A stretch of DNA of 37,075 nucleotides from a virus (lineage: Duplodnaviria > Caudoviricetes): IMG/VR virus record IMGVR_UViG_3300030101_002605, positions 1 through 37,075 of that record; one strand, given 5' to 3'. The notes under the pieces are model-generated. The model did not search any database and was not told the origin of the DNA. It saw only the letters and a program-made list of their open reading frames with translations. The position numbers were made by a program, and so were the translations under genes. Positions 36,658-37,075 of the stretch are shown here, piece after piece. Position 1 is the first letter of the stretch; every line of letters begins with the position of its first letter.

Positions 36658-37075
36658 GTGATACAGCAGAAAAAATAGTAGAAGAGCAAGAAGTTCAACA
36701 AGATTTAGACTTTGGCAATGAAAAGCCAATTCAAACACCTAAAAAAGACGATGCACCATTTGAGGTGGAGATTGTTGACGACAGACCTGAAGAAGACAGG
36801 GTTGCAAAAAGAAACGAAAGTGCAACCACTAAGGTTGAGGATGATGACGATGAAGCCAAAAACTATAGTGAGAAGGTGCAGAAGCGTATAAAGGCTCTAA
36901 AATACGACTATCACGAAGAGCGTAGAGCCAAAGAAGAAGCATCTCGTCTACAAGAAGAAGCATTAAACTATGCCAAAAAACTTCAAAAAGAAAACGAGGA
37001 ACTGCGTAAAAGCCTGTCTGATGGCGAGAGTGTTTTAATAAATCAGGCTAAAGGCAGAGTGGATGCAGAGCTAGA
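36654..37075 (+). CDS. Probable capsid scaffolding protein (partial)
   Basis: MSDTAEK..., EVEIVDDRPEEDR, YSEKVQKRI, coiled coil; ATGA overlap with groES; runs off the window. Confidence 0.7.
   Translation, partial: MSDTAEKIVEEQEVQQDLDFGNEKPIQTPKKDDAPFEVEIVDDRPEEDRVAKRNESATTKVEDDDDEAKNYSEKVQKRIKALKYDYHEERRAKEEASRLQEEALNYAKKLQKENEELRKSLSDGESVLINQAKGRVDAEL

Overview
This is a roughly 37 kb piece of a tailed dsDNA phage genome with podovirus-like gene order, resembling uncultured marine alphaproteobacterial phages (inference from gene families and synteny). Left to right it holds: small basic proteins and lysis genes (holin, GH108 endolysin); an internal-virion/ejection operon ending in a 3032-aa polyvalent protein; a leftward DNA-metabolism operon (N4/N6 methylase, SSB-like, Sak, Cas4-like exonuclease); rightward RusA and primase-helicase; a hairpin-rich non-coding gap; a leftward early operon containing a MoxR AAA / VWA-metallopeptidase pair; a control region; and the start of the head module (terS, HNH, terL, Lys-rich protein, portal, GroES, partial scaffold). 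Major capsid, tail genes and a DNA polymerase are not in the window. The most interesting signals are non-coding. (1) A 20-bp palindrome AAAAGTT-N6-(A/C)ACTTTT occurs 10 times, plus 3 near-matches, both at promoters and inside genes. (2) A candidate ~75-nt sRNA with its own promoter and terminator exposes a loop, UUUUCACUC, complementary to a GAGUGAAA translation-initiation motif shared by six early genes. An adjacent opposite-strand hairpin cluster carries further anti-Shine-Dalgarno loops. Together these suggest an RNA-based early-gene shut-off layer. All family assignments come from motif recognition by eye; no searches were run.
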